Of a stretch of DNA of 64,000 bases, positions 1 to 21,970 are shown one piece after another. Made by a program: the position numbers and the translations under genes. The stretch is from NCBI RefSeq assembly GCF_009914755.1, contig NC_060935.1, one strand, 5' to 3'. The notes below the pieces were generated by a model. The model made no database searches and was not told the origin of the DNA. It worked only from the letters and a program-made list of their open reading frames with translations. Source of the stretch: the human T2T-CHM13v2.0 reference genome, Homo sapiens. Numbering within the stretch: position 1 is the first letter of the stretch; the number at the start of each line of letters is the position of its first letter.

Positions 1-29
1 GCAGTGACCACTAGAGCAGGTGCTCATCA

Positions 30-920
<891 letters not shown>

Positions 921-1179
921 GTATTATAGAATGTTTATGATGTTTATGATGATGATAGGAGAAAGTTTAGAGACAATCTACTTAAGCCCTTCACTTTAGA
1001 GATCACCCCAAGGCCCTAAAAGGTAAAGTGAACTATCCAATGTCCCAGTTATTTAAAACCAAACCATAATTAGACTCTAGGACTTCAGATGATCACACTA
1101 GGAGACTTGCTTGGCATTACCCAACACAGATTACCTGATCTCTGGTACTCCACTTTCTCTAGGTTCTTCCTCTACCTCA

Positions 1180-2720
<1,541 letters not shown>

Positions 2721-2991
2721 TAAGTCTTCAATCGGGTCTTCCTCTAAACAGACTGAATATTCTTTGAAAATGGCCATTTTCTAGATATGCTAACTGAGTA
2801 CTTTCAATTTAACCTGATAGAAGTAACCAAAAGAAGGAAAAATAATAAGATTAAGCTATATTTATTTCCTCTGGGACTCTCTTATAATCAACTAACAAAT
2901 CAGTATTAATAAGCTCTTTTGGGTGCAGAGTACCATCTTAATAAAGAAGGATATCACCAAGCTAGGTAGTAAAGCACAAAGAGATACATAA

Positions 2992-3319
<328 letters not shown>

Positions 3320-3780
3320 TCAGCATCATTAGCCACCAGGGAAACGCACATCAAACCAAAATGATATACCATTTCACATTGAGTAGGTTGGCTAAAAGAA
3401 AAAAGACAAATAACAAGTGATTACAAGGATGTGGAGAAGAAAATGGAACCTTCATACACTGTTGGTAGGAATGAATGTGAAGTGGTACAGCCACTGTGGA
3501 AAACAAGTCCTCAAAAGGGTTAAACATAGAGTTACCACATGCTCTAACAACTCTACTCCTAGATGTATACCCAAGAGAAATAAGAAACCTATGTCCACAT
3601 AAAAACTTATATGCTAATGTTCACAGCTACATTACAAATAATAGCTAAAAGTGGGAACTATCCAAATGTCCATCAACTGATAAACAAATAAAAGGTGGCA
3701 TATACATATGATGAAATATTTAGCAATAAAAAGGAATGAAGTACTGATACATGTAACAACATGAATGAACCTTGAAAAAA

Positions 3781-4460
<680 letters not shown>

Positions 4461-4818
4461 GAACCTTGAAAATATTAAGCTAAATGAAAAAAGCTAGCTA
4501 TAAAGGCCACATATTATATTATTCCATTTATATGAAATATCCTGAATAGGTTAGTGATTGCCTAGGGCTGGTGGAGAAGGGGACAACAGAGGGTGATTGC
4601 TAAAGGGTACAAGTTTCCAATAGGTAACGAAAATATTCTAAAACTGACTGTGGTAATGATTATGCAACTCTATATATACTAAAAACCACTCAACTATACA
4701 ATTTAAATGAGTGAATTGTGTGGCATATGAATTATATCTCAGTAAAGCTCTTTAACTTTTAAAATATAATCTTGGGCTTATTTTGGATTCAACTTAACAT
4801 TTATTGAATACTATATAC

Positions 4819-4983
4819 TTTTTTTTTTTTTTTTTTTTTTTGGAGACAGAGTCTTGCTCTGTCACCCAGGCTGGAGTGCAGTGGTGCGATCACGGCTGGA
4901 CTCAAACTCCTGGGCTCAAGTGGTCCACTTGCCCCAGCCTCCCAAAGTGTTGGGATTACAGGCATAAGCCACGGCGCCCAGCC
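4819..4983 (-). mobile_element. Alu with internal deletion (left-arm/right-arm fusion monomer)
   Basis: Left-arm 5' part joined to right-arm 3' part, with poly-A. Confidence 0.85.
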
Positions 4984-5584
4984 AACATACTCTTTATTTT
5001 ACTTAATATTCACAACAAAAAAACCCTGTGAGATGAGGGTTAGCAATTCACCCATCTTGCAGACAAAACACCTACATCTCACAGAAATTAAAAGATTTAA
5101 GGTTTTTTAGAAAGTTATCAGAGCCAAGAGTTGATTCTACATTCACTACCTCAATCTAGGGCTCTTTCTTAGCTCTTCCCACTTCTTACTACTGAGCATA
5201 CTTAAGACCTAGCTGTAGTTCTTTTTTTATAAAAGCTTCTATGGATTAATAAACCAAAGACTAAGATCATAAGCACACAGATTGACAACCACAGATTGAG
5301 AGAATGTTTGCCAAAGTTATATATCTAAGATCCTATATCCCTGCATTTAATTATTTGGTCAGCAGTAATACTCTGCTACATGAAAAGAAGGGGCTAAGTC
5401 TGATTCCCAAGTTCACCTATGTGGGGGGCGGGAAGTGGGGAGAAAAAAGTATAGAGTATACCCCAGCAAATCAATCAAGAGCCATAAGCACCTTGGACTA
5501 ATTTACAACTGACTAACCAATTTTGAAATAAGACAGCTTCTCAATAACACTACTGGAAAGCACCTATTAAAAAGCTAGCTGTTG

Positions 5585-5883
5585 GGCTGGGCACGGTGGC
5601 TCAACACCTTGTAATCCAGCACTTTGGGAGGCTAAGGCAGACAGATGACCTGAGGTCAGGAGTTCAAGACCAGCCTGACCAAAATGGTGAAGCCTTGTCT
5701 CTACCAAAAATACAAAATTAGCTGGGTGTGGTGGCACATGCCTGTAATTCCAGCTACTCAGGAGGCTGAGGCAGGAGAATTGCTTGAAACTGGGAGGTGG
5801 AGGTTGCAGCGAGCCTAGATCGTGCCATTGCACTCTAGCCTGGGCAACAAGAGCGAAACTCCATCTCAAAAAAAAAAAAAAAA
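5585..5883 (+). mobile_element. Alu (AluS)
   Basis: Alu consensus; TSD AAAAGCTAGCTGT. Confidence 0.95.
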
Positions 5884-6138
5884 GCTAGCTGTGATGAAGA
5901 TGATTTTTAGGTAATGGAACTGTTCTATATCTCGACTGTGGTGTGGTGACAGTTACAAAAATTACATATGTGTTAAAATTAAAAGAATTTTATTACAATT
6001 TGATTTTACTGTTGTTAATTTTAAAATAAAATTTAACAAAAACTGCATATGAAAAAATAACAACAACAACAAAACAATTACAATTTTAAAATGTGCAAAG
6101 AACTTGAATAGACATTTCTCCAAAGAAGATATACAAAT

Positions 6139-6220
6139 GGGCTGCGCACAGTGACTCACACCTGTAATCCTAGCACTGGGAGGCCAAGGTGGGAAGATTG
6201 CTTGAGCCCAGAAGTTCAAG
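6139..6220 (+). mobile_element. Alu left-arm fragment
   Basis: First ~80 nt of Alu consensus. Confidence 0.85.
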
Positions 6221-6368
6221 AAAAAAAAAAAAAAAGAAAGAAAGAAAACAAAAGGAAGAAGAAAGAAAAAGGAGGAGGAGTAGGCAGAGGAAAAGGCGGG
6301 GGGGAGGAGGAGGAGGAGGAAGAAGAAAGAAGAAGAGAAAGGAGGCAAAAAGAAGGAAAAAAGAAGAA
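6221..6368. repeat. Polypurine (A/G) low-complexity tract
   Basis: About 150 bp nearly all A/G (GAA, GGA, AAAG units). Confidence 0.9.
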
Positions 6369-6649
6369 ATACAAATAGCTAACATGCATTTTAAAAGACC
6401 ATTAGAGAAATGCAATCCAAACCATAATATCACCTCATATCCATTATGATGGCAGGTATTAAAAAAAAAATCCAAGACAAAATAGAAAATAAGAAGCGTT
6501 GAGGATATGGAGAAACTAGAACCCTTGTGTGCTGTTGGTGGGAACATAAAATGGTGCTGCTGCTATTGAAAATAGTATATCTGCTTGCAGGAAGTAACAA
6601 AAGAAAAAGAAAGAAAATAGTATAAAGCTTCCTCCAAAAATTAAAAATA

Positions 6650-6815
6650 AGCCAGGTGTGCTGATGCACACCTGTAGTCCCAGCTACTTGGGATGCAGAG
6701 GCAGGAGGGTCGCTTGAGCCCAGGAGTTCGAGGATAAGAGTGTACTATTATCATGCCTGTGAATAACCGCTGCACTTCAGCCTGGGCAACAGAGTGAGAC
6801 TCCATCTCTTAGAAA
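6650..6815 (+). mobile_element. FAM (fossil Alu monomer)
   Basis: Monomer retaining the FAM-specific gcctgtgaata(g)cc segment. Confidence 0.8.
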
Positions 6816-7774
6816 ATAAAAATAGAATGACCATACTATCTGGCAATTCCATTTCTAGATATACATCCAAAAGAACTGAAAGCAGAATCTTGAAGACATA
6901 TTTGCATATCTGTGTTCAGTGCAGCATTATTCACAACAGCCAAGAGGTGAAAGTAAACCAAATGTCCATCATTGAATGAATGGGGAAAAAAAAAAAAACA
7001 CATGGTATATACATACAAAGGAATAGTATTTAGCCTTAAAGAAGAAGGAAATCCTTTCACATGCTACAGCATGGATGAATCTCGAAGATATTATACCAAG
7101 TGAAATAAGCCAGTCACAGAAAGGCAAATATTGTATGATTCCACTTACATGAGGTATCTAAAGTAGTCAAACTCACAGAAACAAATAGTAAAATTGTGGT
7201 TGTCAGGAACTTGGAAGAAGGAGGAAGGGAGAGTTGTTGTTCAATGGGTATAGAGTTTCAGTTTTGCAAGAAAAAAATGTTGTAGAGATCTGTTATGCAA
7301 CAATGTAAATTAGTTACTACTACTAAACTATACACTTAAAAATGGTTAAGACAGTAAATTTTATGTTTTTCATCACAATTTATAAATAAATAAATAAATA
7401 AGCAAGCAAGCTGGGTATACATGGTAGTATGAAATAGGAAGTAAGATGATAATAATAATAGCTAACATTTTACTGAGTGCTTACTATAAGCAAGCACATT
7501 ATTTCGCCCAACTGTGACTAAGGTGGGGACTATTATGACCTTTCTTTTATAAATGACAAGGCTCAGCCTAGAAAAGTCAAATCACTTGCTCAAGATCAAA
7601 CAGCCAGGGGCTCCAAGACAGTGTAATTCTTTAAGCTGCATATGTGACAACCAGTTATATCTACTCATTTTTGAAGACTCATAAAGATATAATACTTTCT
7701 TGAATCCCTCTCCCCACTCCCAGAACTGACCTAATCCTAGAGAGAACCCTAGATATATTTCTTTCTTTTTTAAT

Positions 7775-8380
<606 letters not shown>

Positions 8381-8465
8381 TAGACATTTCTATCATAGTA
8401 CCTACTACACTTAATTGTACTTGCTTATTTACATGTCTGTCTCTCCACTGATCGGCACCTCTAGA

Positions 8466-8672
8466 TCTGTGCTTCCAATAGCCATTAACCATTCATAGCT
8501 GTTTAAATTCAAATTTAAATTAATTAAAAGTAAAAAAATTTAAAATTCAGTTATTCAGTCTCACTAGGCATATTTCAAGCACTCAAGACCCACGTGTAGC
8601 TGGTGACTACTGTATTGGACAGCATGGATATAGAACATTTCCATCACTGCAGAAAGTTCTGCAGGACAGCGC
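8466..8672 (-). mobile_element. MER3-like hAT-Charlie MITE
   Basis: tattggacagc...tatagaacatttccatcactgcagaaagttct...ggacagcgct matches the MER3 reverse complement. Confidence 0.8.
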
Positions 8673-9506
8673 TATGTCTAAATTCTGTGTGTTCCCGGAG
8701 GCACAAACAGTCTAGCAGGCAGTCTGGCAGGAGCTATGCCTAACTCATTTCTGTATCCCAGCACCAACCTTTAGTAAACCTCCAGTAAGTGTTTCTTAGC
8801 AATGACACGGGGTAACACAGAGCTTGTTCTACCTTATTATCACACACCACTCATGATTTAAGTTCCATACATTCAATGTCCCTTACAGGCTAGCATCAGT
8901 GTAATAACCCACCATCATCCCAACTTGTGGAAAGAGGCAGGAATCACAATAAGTAGAGCTAATCGGAAAGTCTTTGTCTAGTCCTTCACCCCAAACCGAA
9001 GTTCCACTACTTAATGTGAGACTTGACTAAGAAGAGGGCTTATTTCTTGCTTCAGGTTTGGTATGTAATTAAATTACAGGTGTTTCTAGAAGGAATTTCT
9101 TTTCCAAATATTGGAACAACCTCACAACTTGGCAGAAATAAAAATAAGAAGACTGGTTAAAATTTATCATACTTTTTATCATATCGTTTCATACGCTATG
9201 AATAAATATATATGAATGAACATATCCTCAGAATGCTCTTTATATTAAAAAACATAGTCACTTGACACACATTTTCTGAGGAACTATAATAAAGAAAGAG
9301 AGATAAATAAATTGCGTTGGTAGACAGAAACTTAAATTGGAATAACAGAAAGTGGTAAGAGCTCTAAGATAGAGAAAGAACTGCTAGGAACTATGAAGAC
9401 CACAAAGGAGGGTCAGAACCCAGTAGTGAAATGGAATAGAAGGTGGGGAAACCACAAAGGAAGCTACTCAGAGATAAATCCCAATTAAGTTTTAAAGGGT
9501 AATTAA

Positions 9507-9822
9507 GGCCAGGCTTGGTGGCTCATGCCTGTAATCCCAGCACTTTGGGAGGCCCAAGGCAGGCAGACTGCTGGAGCCCAGGAGTTCAAGACCAGCCTGG
9601 GCAACATGGCAAAACCCTGTTTCTATAAAAAATACAAAAATTAGCCAGGTGTGGTGGCAGGTGCCTATAGTCCTAGCTACTCAGGAGGCTGAGGTGGGAA
9701 GATCACCTGAGACTGGGGGGTCGAGGATGCAGTGAGCCATGATCGTATCACTGCACTCCAGCCTGGGTGACAGAGTCAGACTCTGTCTCAAAAATAAACA
9801 AACAATAAGTAAATAAATAAAT
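9507..9822 (+). mobile_element. Alu (AluJ)
   Basis: Alu consensus. Confidence 0.9.
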
Positions 9823-9831
9823 ATTTTTTTA

Positions 9832-10401
<570 letters not shown>

Positions 10402-11775
10402 TCAACAAAGCTCAGGAAGAAGCAGTAGGGAGGACAGATTTGGTGGAGGTGAGACAGTAGGTAGGGAGACCAGCCAGGAAGTTGTTGCAGAAAGTAATGA
10501 GACAGGAAGTATCTGATACAAATAGTTTTAAACATACCCTATCTTAAATGGGTCTCTCTCCATTCGTCTATGCCTCTCAAAGCTGGAACACCATGATTCA
10601 GCTATATAGCACAATTACAAAAATAACTGTTAAAGTCAATTCTATAAACTAAAAATTTAACTGCACTCCTTTATTCAATAGCCATTCCGGATTTCGAACT
10701 AAAACTGCTCATTCTTCTCTTTCCCACTGCACACAATTTTGGAAAAACATTTCAGCCAGACGATCACATCTGTGCAGTGTGCAACAAGTGTAAACAATTT
10801 AACAGGAGTTTAATGAAACATTTCCTATTCAATTGGAGAAAAAGATTAGAAAATTCTAACATGGCAACACCAGGTTGCAAATTGACATTTTTTAATTAGC
10901 TTTTTTAAAAAATATGAACATGCCAATTTTAAATCCCATCTGGTTGCATGTTGCAGCTGCCCTGAATGAATTTCCAGTTATTAGGCACTTGCCTAAAGCA
11001 TTCAGAACTGCCATGTGCTATCAGCAGCAGCAGCCACAGTACAGTACTTAGGAAGTACTTAAATACCCATGCTGGTACAAAAGGATTTCTTAGTCTGCCC
11101 TGGAGAGAAAGGAATATGTGGGGAAAAGGAAGGAACGATCTCACATTTTTAAGAAAATATCTTTCAGTTTTACCTCCTCTCCTCTTCAAAAGCAGTGGAC
11201 TTTCTTATCTTTGACCTCACAGTGCCTTAGCCTGGAGAGTTTTACCTACCCTTATGCCTTGTATAAACAAAATCCTAAGAACCAAGGATTTGGAATTGGA
11301 CTAAAACTGGGTTCAATTCCAACTCTACCTCTTACAAACTGTGAACTTGGGCACATTTCTTAATCTTCCTTAGACTCTATTTCCTCATGTTTAAATGATA
11401 ATGCCTAACCTTGAAGAGCTGTGGGGAAGACGAAAGAAAATGTATATAAAATATCTATAGAATGTCTAGCTCATATGGGCATTCAATACATGGTAACATT
11501 TAACACTCTCCTTTGTATTCCACTATAATTTACACTTTACAGTAATTATGCACCTTCTTTAAAAGTTTAAGAATTAAATGAATTAATTTAGGTAAAGGCT
11601 TTATAACAGTGCCTGGCACATAGTAGGCAAGCATTAAGTATTAGTTGTGGTGGTTGCTACTATTACATACCAATATCATAGTATGTTTCATAGTGAACTA
11701 CAGTTTCTTTATTTGCTGTTTTCCTTTCTATCTAGTACTTAGCATAAAACCTGGCACGAAAGAGGTACTCAATTA

Positions 11776-12116
<341 letters not shown>

Positions 12117-12833
12117 AGGATGCATGACTGAAGGAATGAATTTAATTTATCATACAATTTTACAAAGTAGCCATTCAATAATATATTGTTTTATAAATTA
12201 ATTAATCCTATCAAGCCCATATGATAAGAAAGGGAGTTATTATTATGGCCCTTTTTACAGATAATAAACAGAGTCCCAGAGAGATCAAAGGTTAAGGTCA
12301 GCCAGGTAGAGCAGGAATTAGAATCCCTTTGGTCTCTCAGAAACTAATTCTAGATTTTTTTTCAACGAGACCTTAATCCCTCCCACATTTTAAATATTAC
12401 CTAAGGGATTGGTCAAGTTTTTCAAGTCTCTATGGTTTCAAGAAGGGCCCTCAAAGTCAGAAGATGCTACCAATAAATGATGGAAGGGTGAAGAAAGACC
12501 ATGACCAAATGAGAAGTTCAGTATCTCTTCTTTGGGAAAGAAGGAATAAAGACCTGATTTCATCTGGCCTGAGCATAGAGAAAGCAATTAAGTCTGACTA
12601 ATAAGAGGATAAAGCCCTCACTGTAAACAAATGAGGATGGAGGACACTGAGAGGATCAAATATGAAAGGCAGTATGGGGAGTTAGAGCCACTCGTCTACT
12701 CCTGTAAAGAGCATGACTACTCACAGTCTTTCTAGCGGGTAGTCACTCTTTCATTTAACAAATACTTAGTCCCTGCAATGATCTAGGATAATAACTCAAC
12801 AGTGTATATCAAGAGCCTTTAAAAAGTTATACC

Positions 12834-13160
12834 TGGCCGGGCGCAGTGGCTCATGTATGTAACCCTAGCACTTTGGGAGGCCAAGGCAGGCAGATGGATT
12901 GAGCCTAGGAGTTCAAGACCAGCCTGGGCAACATGGTGAAACCCTACAAAAAATAAAAATAAAATTAAAAAAAATTAGCCAGGTGTGGTGCCGTGCACTT
13001 GTAGTGCCAGCTATTCAAGAAGCTGAGGTGGGAGGATAGTTTGAGCCCAGGAGGCGGAGGTTGCAGTGAGCTGAGATTGTGCCACTGCACTCCAGTCACT
13101 GCACCCCAGCCTGTGTGACAGAGCCAGACCCTATCTCAAAAAAATAAAAATAAAAATAAA
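12834..13160 (+). mobile_element. Alu (AluJ) with a 14-bp internal duplication
   Basis: Alu consensus; cactgcactccagt/cactgcaccccagc; TSD core TTATACCT. Confidence 0.9.
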
Positions 13161-13227
13161 TTATACCTTCACTCCAATTACCCTATTCCTATTTATCCTA
13201 AGAAAACTACCAAAAAAATAAAGACTG

Positions 13228-13520
<293 letters not shown>

Positions 13521-14463
13521 ATGCTTATGATATAATGTTAAATTAAAAAATACTCCAAAAGACTACCTATAGTATGATCTTAATTATATAAAATAAATAG
13601 AAAAAAAACTTCAAAAAAGCCTAAATGCTGAGTTTTAAAAGTAATCTCTGCATGGCAGAATATAGAGCGATATTATTTGCCAAGTTTTCTAGTTTTTCCA
13701 TAACAGGCATTTTTCCAAAAAACAAGGTGAAGGAGATTTTAGGACAAAAAATGAATATATAAAATGCCATCAGGATTAATTAAGATCATTAGAATCTCTG
13801 CTAGGTGAGAAACATATTAGAGGCATATTATTTTTACACAAAAAGATTATGTTAATCCTACTGAGAATTGACACAAATGCAAGGGTGAAATACAATGGGA
13901 GAGCAATAAAGAGGAAATCCCATCAGACTCCCAGGAGGTCACTTTCATTTCAGAATGTCTGTCATCAGCAAAGCCAAGTTCAATGAGTAAAGAGAGAAAT
14001 GAAACTTGATGGGTGAAGAAGATGGCAAGCTAAGACCCACTGCTAAAATCCATAAGTTCCTCAAGATCAGGGAACCTGTCAATTACCATATAGCGTGACA
14101 AAGGCCATGGAAGGAAGGCAGCAGCAGGAATGTGGCAAAGTCAAGAGAAGGTCAAGGTAGCCTTTGTTGAAGATGACTAATTTAAAGGAGAAAGACATTA
14201 GCCTAGAGGAAAAGGGCATTCTAGGAAAAAGGGAGAGCCTAGAGAATAGAAACAGCTTAACATGCCTTGGGAAATGACATGTATTTCAGTGTTGCTAGAG
14301 TCCAAAGTGCAAGGCAGGCTGTGGTGAAAGATGTAGTTGCAAAAGTCATCAGGGGCCTGTCTCAGAGGACCTGAATATCTGGTCTACCATTAAGCCAAGC
14401 AGCTATACATGAGTCAGTCAACAAGGGTACCATTCCAGTAGAAGAGAGAGTTAGGCAGCATTA

Positions 14464-14934
<471 letters not shown>

Positions 14935-15198
14935 TCAGAGAACTAGTGCCTGGCAAGGCTTCCAAAGAGGGAACCATTCTTATCAACAGAATGTAACCTC
15001 CAAGGACCTTGTTAGTCTTGTTCACTGCCAGGCTTCTAATACTAAAAATAGTGGGCATAAAGAAGCTGCTCTATAAATATTTGTGGAAAAAAAGAAAAAG
15101 AGAAAGGAAGGCTTGCTGTTATATTAAAAAGCAATGGGGCTGGTAAGCTCCAACCCAGTGTCATGCCAAAGACAAAAGAACAACAAAAAAAGCAATGG

Positions 15199-15497
15199 GG
15201 CTGGGTATAGTGGCTCACACTGTAATCCCAGCATTTTGGGAAGCAGACGCAGGAGGATCATTTGGGGCCAGGAGTTCAAGACCAGCCTGGGCAACATAGT
15301 GAAACCCTGTTTCTACAAAAAAAAATTTTTTTAATTAGCCAAGTGTGGTGATACATGCCTGTAGTCCTAGCTGGTTGGGAGGCTGAGGCAAGAGGATGGC
15401 TTGTGCCTAAGAATTCGAGGTTGCAATAAGCTATGATCGTGCCACTGCAGTCCCTCCTGGATGACAAAGTGAGAATTGTCACTTTTAAAAAAAAAAA
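15199..15497 (+). mobile_element. AluJ
   Basis: Alu consensus. Confidence 0.9.
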
Positions 15498-15577
15498 GGC
15501 AGTGAGAACCCATTCCCTCCATCCCACCACTAGCAAATTAATAATAATAATAATAATTTAAATAATTAAATAAAATA

Positions 15578-15868
15578 AAAAGACAAATCCTATATGATTC
15601 TACCTATATGAGGTACTCAGAGTCATCAAAATCACAGAGACAGAAGATCGAATGGGGATTGTCAGGGGGGTAGGGAGAATGGGGCAATAGGGAGTTTGTG
15701 TTTAATGGGTAGAGAAATTTCAGATCTGTAAGATAAAGAGTTTTAGAGATAGTTGACAGTGATGGTCACACAACATTATGAATGTATTTAATACGCTAAA
15801 CTATACACTTTCAAAAAATTGAGATGATAAATTTTATGTTATATGTATTTTACTGCAATAAAAAAAAA
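15578..15868 (+). mobile_element. L1M 3'UTR fragment
   Basis: gacaaat..atgattc..atatgaggtac ... aaattttatgttatatgtattttac. Confidence 0.8.
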
Positions 15869-15873
15869 TTGAG

Positions 15874-16497
<624 letters not shown>

Positions 16498-16506
16498 GAC
16501 AATAGT

Positions 16507-16677
<171 letters not shown>

Positions 16678-17332
16678 TAATTTAAAAATCCTGTATTCAT
16701 GAATTGGAAATTTTAATATTGTTAAGATGTCACCTCCAAAGCAATCTACAGATCTTATCAAAAGTCCAAAAACCTCTTTTTGTAGAACTGGAAGAGCCAG
16801 TCCTCATATTCACATGGAATTGCAAGAGGCCACAAACAGCAAAAATAATCTTGAAAAAGAACAACAAAGTTGGAAGACTCACACTTTCCAATTTCAAAAT
16901 TCACTATAAAACTATGGTAATCGATACAGCATGGTACTCGCATAAGGACAGGTATATAGACCAATGGAACAGAATCACAAGTCTAGAAATAAATCCATAC
17001 ATCTCTGGCCAATTAATTTTCAACCAACATGCCAAGACTAATCACTAATCAATGAGAAAAGAAAAGTTTCTTCAACAAATGGTGCTTGGACAACTGAATA
17101 TCTACAGGCAGAAGAATGAAGCTGGACCCCTACCTCAAACCACATATAAAACTTAATTCAAAATTAAAGACCTAAATATAAGGGATACAACCATGATAAA
17201 TCTTCATGACCTTGGATTTGGCAATGGATTCTGAACTATGACAACAAAGTAAGCAATCAAAGAAAAAATAAACTGGACTTCATCAAAATTTAAAATTTTT
17301 GTGCATCAAACGATATTATCAAAAAAGTGAAG

Positions 17333-17627
17333 AGGCCAAATGTGACAGCTTACACCTGCAATCCCAGCACTTTAGAAGGGCCAAGGTAGGAATTCAACAT
17401 CAGCTTGGGCAAATAGCAAGACACTGCCTCTACAAAAAATGTAAAAAAGAAAAATTACCCAAGCATGGTGGTGCACATCTGTAGTCCTAGCTACTTAGGA
17501 GTCTGAGACTGGAGGATCACTTGAGCCCAGGAATTCAAGGCTGCGGTGAACTATGATCATGCCACTGTACTCCAACCTGGGCAACAGAGCAAGACCCTGT
17601 CTCTAAAAAAAAAAAAAAAAAAAAAAA
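17333..17627 (+). mobile_element. AluJ
   Basis: Degenerate Alu within L1. Confidence 0.88.
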
Positions 17628-18223
17628 GTGGAAAGACAACCCACTGAATAAGAAAAAATATTTGGAAATCATATATTTGATAAAGGTCTGGAATCCGGAC
17701 TATATAAGGAACTTTTATAATTCAACAACAAAAAGGCAAAAAAAAAAAAAATTTTAATGGGCAAAGGACATGAATAGGTATTTCTCTAAAGGTATACAAA
17801 TGGCCAACAAGTAGATGAAAAGATGCTTAACATCATTTATTAATCATTAGAGAAATACAAGTCAAAACCATAAGATATATTATGCCATACTCATTACAAT
17901 AGCTATTTATTTTTTAAAAAAGAAGAAGGAAATAAGTATAAGCAAGGATGTTAAAAAATATGAACCCTCAAACATTGTTGGTGGGAATGTTAAAATGGTG
18001 CAGCCATTATGGAAAAGTCTGGCAGCTCCTCTGCTAGTTAAACATAGAATTACCATATGACCCAGCAATTCCATTCCTAGGTATACACTGAACTAAAACA
18101 GGTACTAAAATAAATACATCTACCCACATGTTCATAGCAGCACCTTCACAATAGCGAAAGATAGAAACAACTCAAACGTCCATCAGTGGACAAACTGTAG
18201 CATATCTATACAATGTAATATTA

Positions 18224-18597
<374 letters not shown>

Positions 18598-19138
18598 GTA
18601 ATGAAGTACTGATACATGCTACAGCATGAACATCAAAAACATTATTCTGAGTGAAAGAAGCCAGATGCAAAAGGCCACACATTATATGATTTCTTTTATA
18701 TAAAATATTTACAATTGGTAAATCCATAGAGATGAAAAGCAGATTAGTTGCCGCCAGGGGCTAGGAGGGAATAGGAATGGGAATGACTGTTTAGTGGATA
18801 CAGAACTTCTTTTTAGGGTGATCAATGTTTTGGAACTAGACAGAGATGGTTGTTGCACAACACTGGGAGTGTATTAAATGCCACTAAATTGTTCACTTTA
18901 AAGTGGTTAATTTCAACAATGATATATAAATTTCACCTCAATCCCTCAGTCAATAATGAGAATCCTCCCTTCACACAAACTTCCCAAAAATTGTTTTGTT
19001 ATCTTTCTTCTTCCCATTGCCAAGTTGTAATCAAGCATTGCTTGATTCTTGGCAGGAAAAAAAACAGCACTGAGGAGTTGCCACAAATGAGAACAATGTA
19101 AACAAAATCCTCAGTACCACTACTGCAGCATTAAATAA

Positions 19139-19497
<359 letters not shown>

Positions 19498-19916
19498 TCC
19501 AATGAAGGTACTTTTGCTAAGGTGTGTGAAGATACCTGTTGCTGGGATCAGGAGACATGAAAAAACTAAGAAAAAAAATACTGAGAAAAGTTTTCAATAG
19601 CTTTGTAAGCCTTCAGAATGTAAAGTACATTAAGAAATAAAAACTTAAATGCAGTGGGTACAAACATGGCAAATCTGAAAGCTAAACCTGACTAAGGCTA
19701 TCAACCTGCCATGTGCTAAAAACAAATGTACTCACTCAGAAAAACTGAAAGAGGTACTACATACCTATTAAAACAGCTAAATTTAAACAGTGATAATACT
19801 AAATGCCGACAAGTATGCAAAGAAACTGGACTTCTCATACATTTCTGGTAGGAATGTAAAATGGTACAGACACTCTGGAAAATAATTTGGCAGTTTCTTA
19901 TAAAACTAAACATGCA

Positions 19917-20524
<608 letters not shown>

Positions 20525-20984
20525 GTTATCCTTCTCTCCTAGGCTTCCAAGAAATTCAGGGGTAAATTTGTAGTTCACCTATAGCAACTGGGGAGACATA
20601 TATATATATATATTATTCTATTTTCAATAGTACTCAGGGTTTTTCTTTTTTAGGTTATTTTATTAGATTACTTTTGTAAACTACTCTCAATCCCTTGTGG
20701 AATAAATACAAAGACCACACAAACGTGGTAAATGCTACTCTGTCCCTAATAAGTACATTAAAATTATTCCATAGAGAACTAGAAATGGCATAGCCATTCA
20801 CTCTTTTTTTAAGCATCTGATCATATAAGTAGAGTCATTCACTTTTTTGTTTTTTAATTCACAAACCAAGATCTTTATGAGGCCTCCCTTCTTTTACTGA
20901 AATAACTTTTACTTTTATATCTGTATCAACTAAGGGGTAAAAGTGACACTTTAGTCACTTTGGACAATAAAAATAAATTTTTAG

Positions 20985-21375
<391 letters not shown>

Positions 21376-21679
21376 TACAGGGGAATATTTACAGCTGTAT
21401 GACCTCTCTTCATCTCTCTGACCCTCATCATAAATGAGGATAGTAACACTTACGCTGAAAGGTTCTTTTGGGGATTATATAATATATGCAAATTATCTAG
21501 CAGGTCCTTATAAACAGTATCATTTGACTCAGACCTTGGTCTACAACCTAGATCTCTTGCTTCAAGGAGAAAGTGTTTTCCATCACAGAATGAAGCGTAT
21601 AATGCTAGTTAGACTTTTTCATTTGATTTCTTGCTTAATCTAGAGTCTGAGTTTAACATTCAATAAAGAATAGAAGGTT

Positions 21680-21970
21680 GGCCTGGCACGATCGCTCATG
21701 CTGGTAATCTCAGAACTTTGGGAGGCTGAGGCAGGCAGATCACCTGAGGTGAGGAGATCAAGATCAACCTGGCCAACACGGTGAAACCCTGTCTCTACTA
21801 AAAATACAAAAATTAGCCGGACATGATGGTGGGCGCCTGTAATCCCAGCTACTTGGATGCTGAGACAGGAGGATTGCTTGAACCCAGGAGGTGGAGTTTG
21901 CAGTGAGCCAAGATCGCACCACTGCATTTCAGCCTAGGCAACAGAGTAAGACTCTGTCTCAAAAAAAAGA
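21680..21970 (+). mobile_element. Alu (AluS)
   Basis: Alu consensus; TSD AAAGAATA(G/A)AAGGTT. Confidence 0.95.

Larger units (their letters stand above)
6070..7390 (+). mobile_element. Old L1 (L1MA/MB-like) 3' end, interrupted
   Basis: gaacttgaatagacatttctccaaagaagatatacaaatgg ... gtgaaataagccagtcacaga ... aaaatggttaagacagtaaattttatg. Confidence 0.9.

Noticed and set aside
5962-6547. K/E/R-rich and F/L/S-rich ORFs (also at 51663-51974)
   Set aside because: Caused by polypurine/polypyrimidine tracts.
16704-17048. 114-aa L1 ORF2-like ORF
   Set aside because: Short surviving frame of a decayed L1; no intact ORF2.
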